Shown: positions 60,686 through 64,000 of the stretch, piece after piece | Numbering within the stretch: position 1 is the first letter of the stretch | Layout: each line of letters starts with the position of its first letter | Source of the DNA: Pseudogymnoascus verrucosus | Lineage: Eukaryota | Assembly: GCA_001662655.1 (NCBI GenBank) | Contig: KV460210.1 | Length of the DNA: 64,000 nt | Strand: one strand, 5' to 3' | Translations under genes and position numbers: made by a program | The notes under the pieces: generated by a model | What the model saw: the letters and a program-made list of their open reading frames with translations, nothing else | Database searches by the model: none | What the model was told of the DNA's origin: nothing

Positions 60686-61113
60686 CCCCCCCCTTAACCT
60701 AGCATACGAGGGGGGTGTAAGTCCGCAACCATGTCAGAGAGCAGCCTTGTCAGATTGTTGTCAGATGCGTGGCTTGTTTTAGTCTTGGCGCGATGGAAGG
60801 AAGGAGTGGTATGGTATCGGTATGGACGCGATTTCCCTGGTCCTGTTTACGCCCACCCATCCTCCCTCACTCCCTCCCTCCACCGCCTCTCCCTCCTCCC
60901 CCCCCAGCGCATCGTCGCATGGTGGAACTGGGAATATGCGACTGGCAGCTAGCACCCAGACCAGACCCCCCCAATCGATCGACTAAACTAACTGGCTCGC
61001 CAGACAGGGAACAGACGACTGAGACCACACCACACCCCACCCCCTGTCACAGAAAAAGGTGCGACGATGGGGGGGGGTTGCGTCTGGCCTGTGACGCTCG
61101 CGTGTGGACCAAT

Positions 61114-61114
<1 letters not shown>

Positions 61115-61148
<34 letters not shown>

Positions 61149-61154
61149 GGGGGG
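61115..61154 (+). repeat. Poly-G tract (33 G, T, 6 G)
   Basis: Counted from the sequence. Confidence 0.9.
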
Positions 61155-63341
61155 AGGTAGGTGTTGGAATGGTTTTGGGAGACCCTTCTTTTTTTTGGCG
61201 CGCAGTGGTGATGGGGGGTTTTGAGGGTTGGATGGATGGACCCTAGGGGTTGGGTGAGGGTTTTTGGTTTTACGGTCGGTGAGAAGGGGGGATGTTTAAA
61301 GGGTGTGGTGTTTAAAGGGTTGGCGTTGAAGGGTGTCAAAGGGTGTCGGGGGATGTGAACACGGCGGCGGTGATGGGGCGGGTGGGTGAGGCCGGAGGGG
61401 GTGAAACGGTCTCAGTGGTTGGCCGTCGGTGAGGGAGTGAGGGAGTGAGTGAGTGTGTTGGGGATGGGGATGATGAGTGGGATTGAGTAGTTTGTATGGG
61501 ATGTGTGTTTGGGATACGTGTAGTTTTGTATGTGTTGGTAGGTTAGAGGGTTGGGGTTAGACAGTTAGAGGGTTCGATGTTAGAGAGTTGGACGGTTAGA
61601 GGGTTAGAGAGGGCAACTACATCCTCACCACTCGTCTCCTTTTCTTGGCTGTATTGTGAGATTCACTGGGTGTATGTGTTTGTATGCGTGTGTGCTTGTA
61701 TGTGTGTATTCTTGTTACTCCTCGGCGTGATGGATGTTGTGTGCTGTGTTTCCGTGCTTCGTACAACACCCCGTACTCGTACTGTACGTGTCTGTCTATA
61801 CTGTACGTGTCTCTCAGTACTGGACCTGTCTCTCAACGAGTATCATCCATAGGAGTACTCTATATACTTAGTTACTCTATCTATATACACCCACATACTC
61901 TATACTTACTCTATCTATACACACACCCACATACTCTATACACTTACTATATTTACATACACTGCATTTATGGTACAGTGCATATACACACTACATACAC
62001 ACTGCATACACTCTGCATACACACCTACAGTACCTGCATTGGCCTGTTTCTGCCACTCCTCGCTATAATTCCCATACTCGTCTCTATTGGCCCGTGCTGC
62101 GTCTCAAGTCGCCCGTTCGGTCCATTCTGCCCTTTCTTCCTTCTTCCTTCGTCCTTCCGCCCACATCCGCCGCCCACACAGACCCAGTATACCCAGCCAG
62201 CTAGACGCACACTACGGCGCTACTCTAGACTCTACACCCACTCTACACACCCACTCTACACACACCCTCTACACACACCCAGGCCAAGAGTTTGAACACG
62301 CCCACCTAACACCCTACGCCCACCCACGCCCATGCCTGCACCCACACCCACACCACCTAAACCACGCCTAGCCATACTCACCACCACCACCACAATCCAC
62401 ACCCACTCCCACCACCCACACACTTCTCTCCTTCCCCCCATCCCCCCGTCCGTCCCCCATCCCTCACACCCCCATCCTCAACCCTCACACCCCCCCTCCC
62501 CTCCCCTCCCCTTCCCCCTTCTACCGCCCTTCCCTTTCCCCTTCCATCCAGCTGCTACCTAACCTAAACCCACCACCCACCGCCCACTGCCCACTGCCCA
62601 CCACCCACCACCCACCACCCACCAACACCAACCTAACTACATCCACCCACTAAATCTACCCACACTCCACCAAACTTACTACCACCACCCACCAAAACCT
62701 ACACGCCCACCTACCCACCTACCCTACTACCCTACCTACACTCCTCCTCCTACTCCTACTCCTCCTCCTTGACTCTCCCTCCTCCCATCATCGTCGTCTT
62801 CACGTCGTCGCTGCTGCTGAACGAAAAATCTTCTTTTCCTCCTCGTTCTTCTATTTTCTTTTCATCGTTCAGCCATTACGGATACCTGTCACTCCTTTCA
62901 GGTCCGATACTTTCATTCGGCTCAACAACCAGCTATTCCAATCTCGACTTTACAACTTCGAGACCACACTCATTTTCTGACCAACGACAAACGACAACAA
63001 CACACACAATCACACACCGGATCTTCATCCAACGCTAGTCCAACAACAACACGACAACCCCGCGCCTCGAGCACGATCCTACTTTCTATTTCCTGCCAGT
63101 TACAGCGAACCATTATATACCGAGTCGACACGCTCCTCTCATTCTCGACGTTCCTTACACACGATCCCGCCCGACCGGATCTCTCGATCGACACACACCG
63201 CCGCTCTCCGAACTTCGGCAAGTGCTCGACCACGACAACCACCACAACACGAACCCGCGAGTAAACCCGTGACCCTTTGTTTACCTGGCAGGCTGCATCC
63301 ACGACCCGGTCACCACCCGCTTCCCGGCGAGCTCAGACACC

Positions 63342-64000
63342 ATGTCGGAACATGGGGACAACGAGCCGAAAAAGATGGCCACGCCGTCCCCGTCTCCCTC
63401 CGCCTCCGCCTCAAACAGCAACTCTGCCTCGCGACGCCCGCCGCGGAAGAGCACTTTAACGCAGCAGCAGAAGAACCAGAAGAGACAGCGCGCGACACAG
63501 GACCAGCTGGCCACACTCGAGCAGGAGTTCCTCAAGAACCCGACGCCGACTGCGTCGGTGAGGGAACGGATCGCGGATGAAATCAACATGACGGAGCGCT
63601 CGGTGCAGATTTGGTTCCAGAACAGGTATGCTGAGAGCTAGACTCTTGACGCGACCGGTGTACTAATGAAGACGTGTAGACGTGCCAAGATCAAGTTGCT
63701 GGCCAAGAAGGGCATCGAGGGCGGTGAGGATATTGATAACATTCCGGAAGGCATGCGTCAGTACCTTGGCCTACAAACCATGGAGTCTGGCAGGCCTATG
63801 GGCGCAAACTTCATGGGGCGCGACGGACTTGTGTCTTATCGCGCAGGAGGCATGATGGGTGCTGACCAAGGCCCTCAGGGCAAAGTTCGTAAGTAAAACC
63901 CCTTCAATGTACGCGGTCCCCTTGCTAAGACCCTGAAGTCATCCACCATTTCCACTGTAGGTCCCTGCAAATTGGAACCTGGAAACGAATTGGCCAAACT
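63342..64000 (+). CDS. Homeobox transcription factor (Phx1/Pah1-like), truncated by window end; introns about 63626-63679 and near 63888-63938
   Basis: [53 protein letters not shown]. Confidence 0.92.

Noticed and set aside
61541..61613. Interstitial telomere
   Set aside because: Units are TTAGAGGG variants, not tandem TTAGGG; treated as low-complexity sequence.

Overview
Gene-dense, intron-containing genomic DNA from a filamentous ascomycete (Pezizomycotina, possibly a Leotiomycete; species not determinable by eye). It carries about 25 protein-coding genes and two tandem tRNA-Gly(TCC) genes. Left to right: a sugar cluster (maltose-permease-like MFS, YFH7/FrcK-like P-loop kinase, second sugar porter, Gal4-type Zn2Cys6 factor), aryl-alcohol dehydrogenase, HeLo-like/ankyrin protein, ELG1, UTP8-like, a second HeLo-like protein, a short PCHR-type O6-alkylguanine transferase next to a bacterial-type Ada protein, NHA1, GT15 mannosyltransferase, DUF4604-like, TAF14, YRB1, ADAL, G-beta plus phosducin, TDP2-like EEP, an orphan membrane protein, PHS1, IRC6, the tRNA pair, an orphan 954-aa protein, a long low-complexity region and a truncated homeobox gene. 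Two observations stand out. (1) The Ada-like gene and the downstream alkyltransferase read as the two collinear halves of a bacterial Ada split inside its transferase domain. (2) A Gal4-like regulator sits beside a divergent kinase/transporter pair whose shared promoter has two exact CGG-N11-CCG sites. Exon boundaries were read by eye and protein comparisons are from memory; no searches were run.
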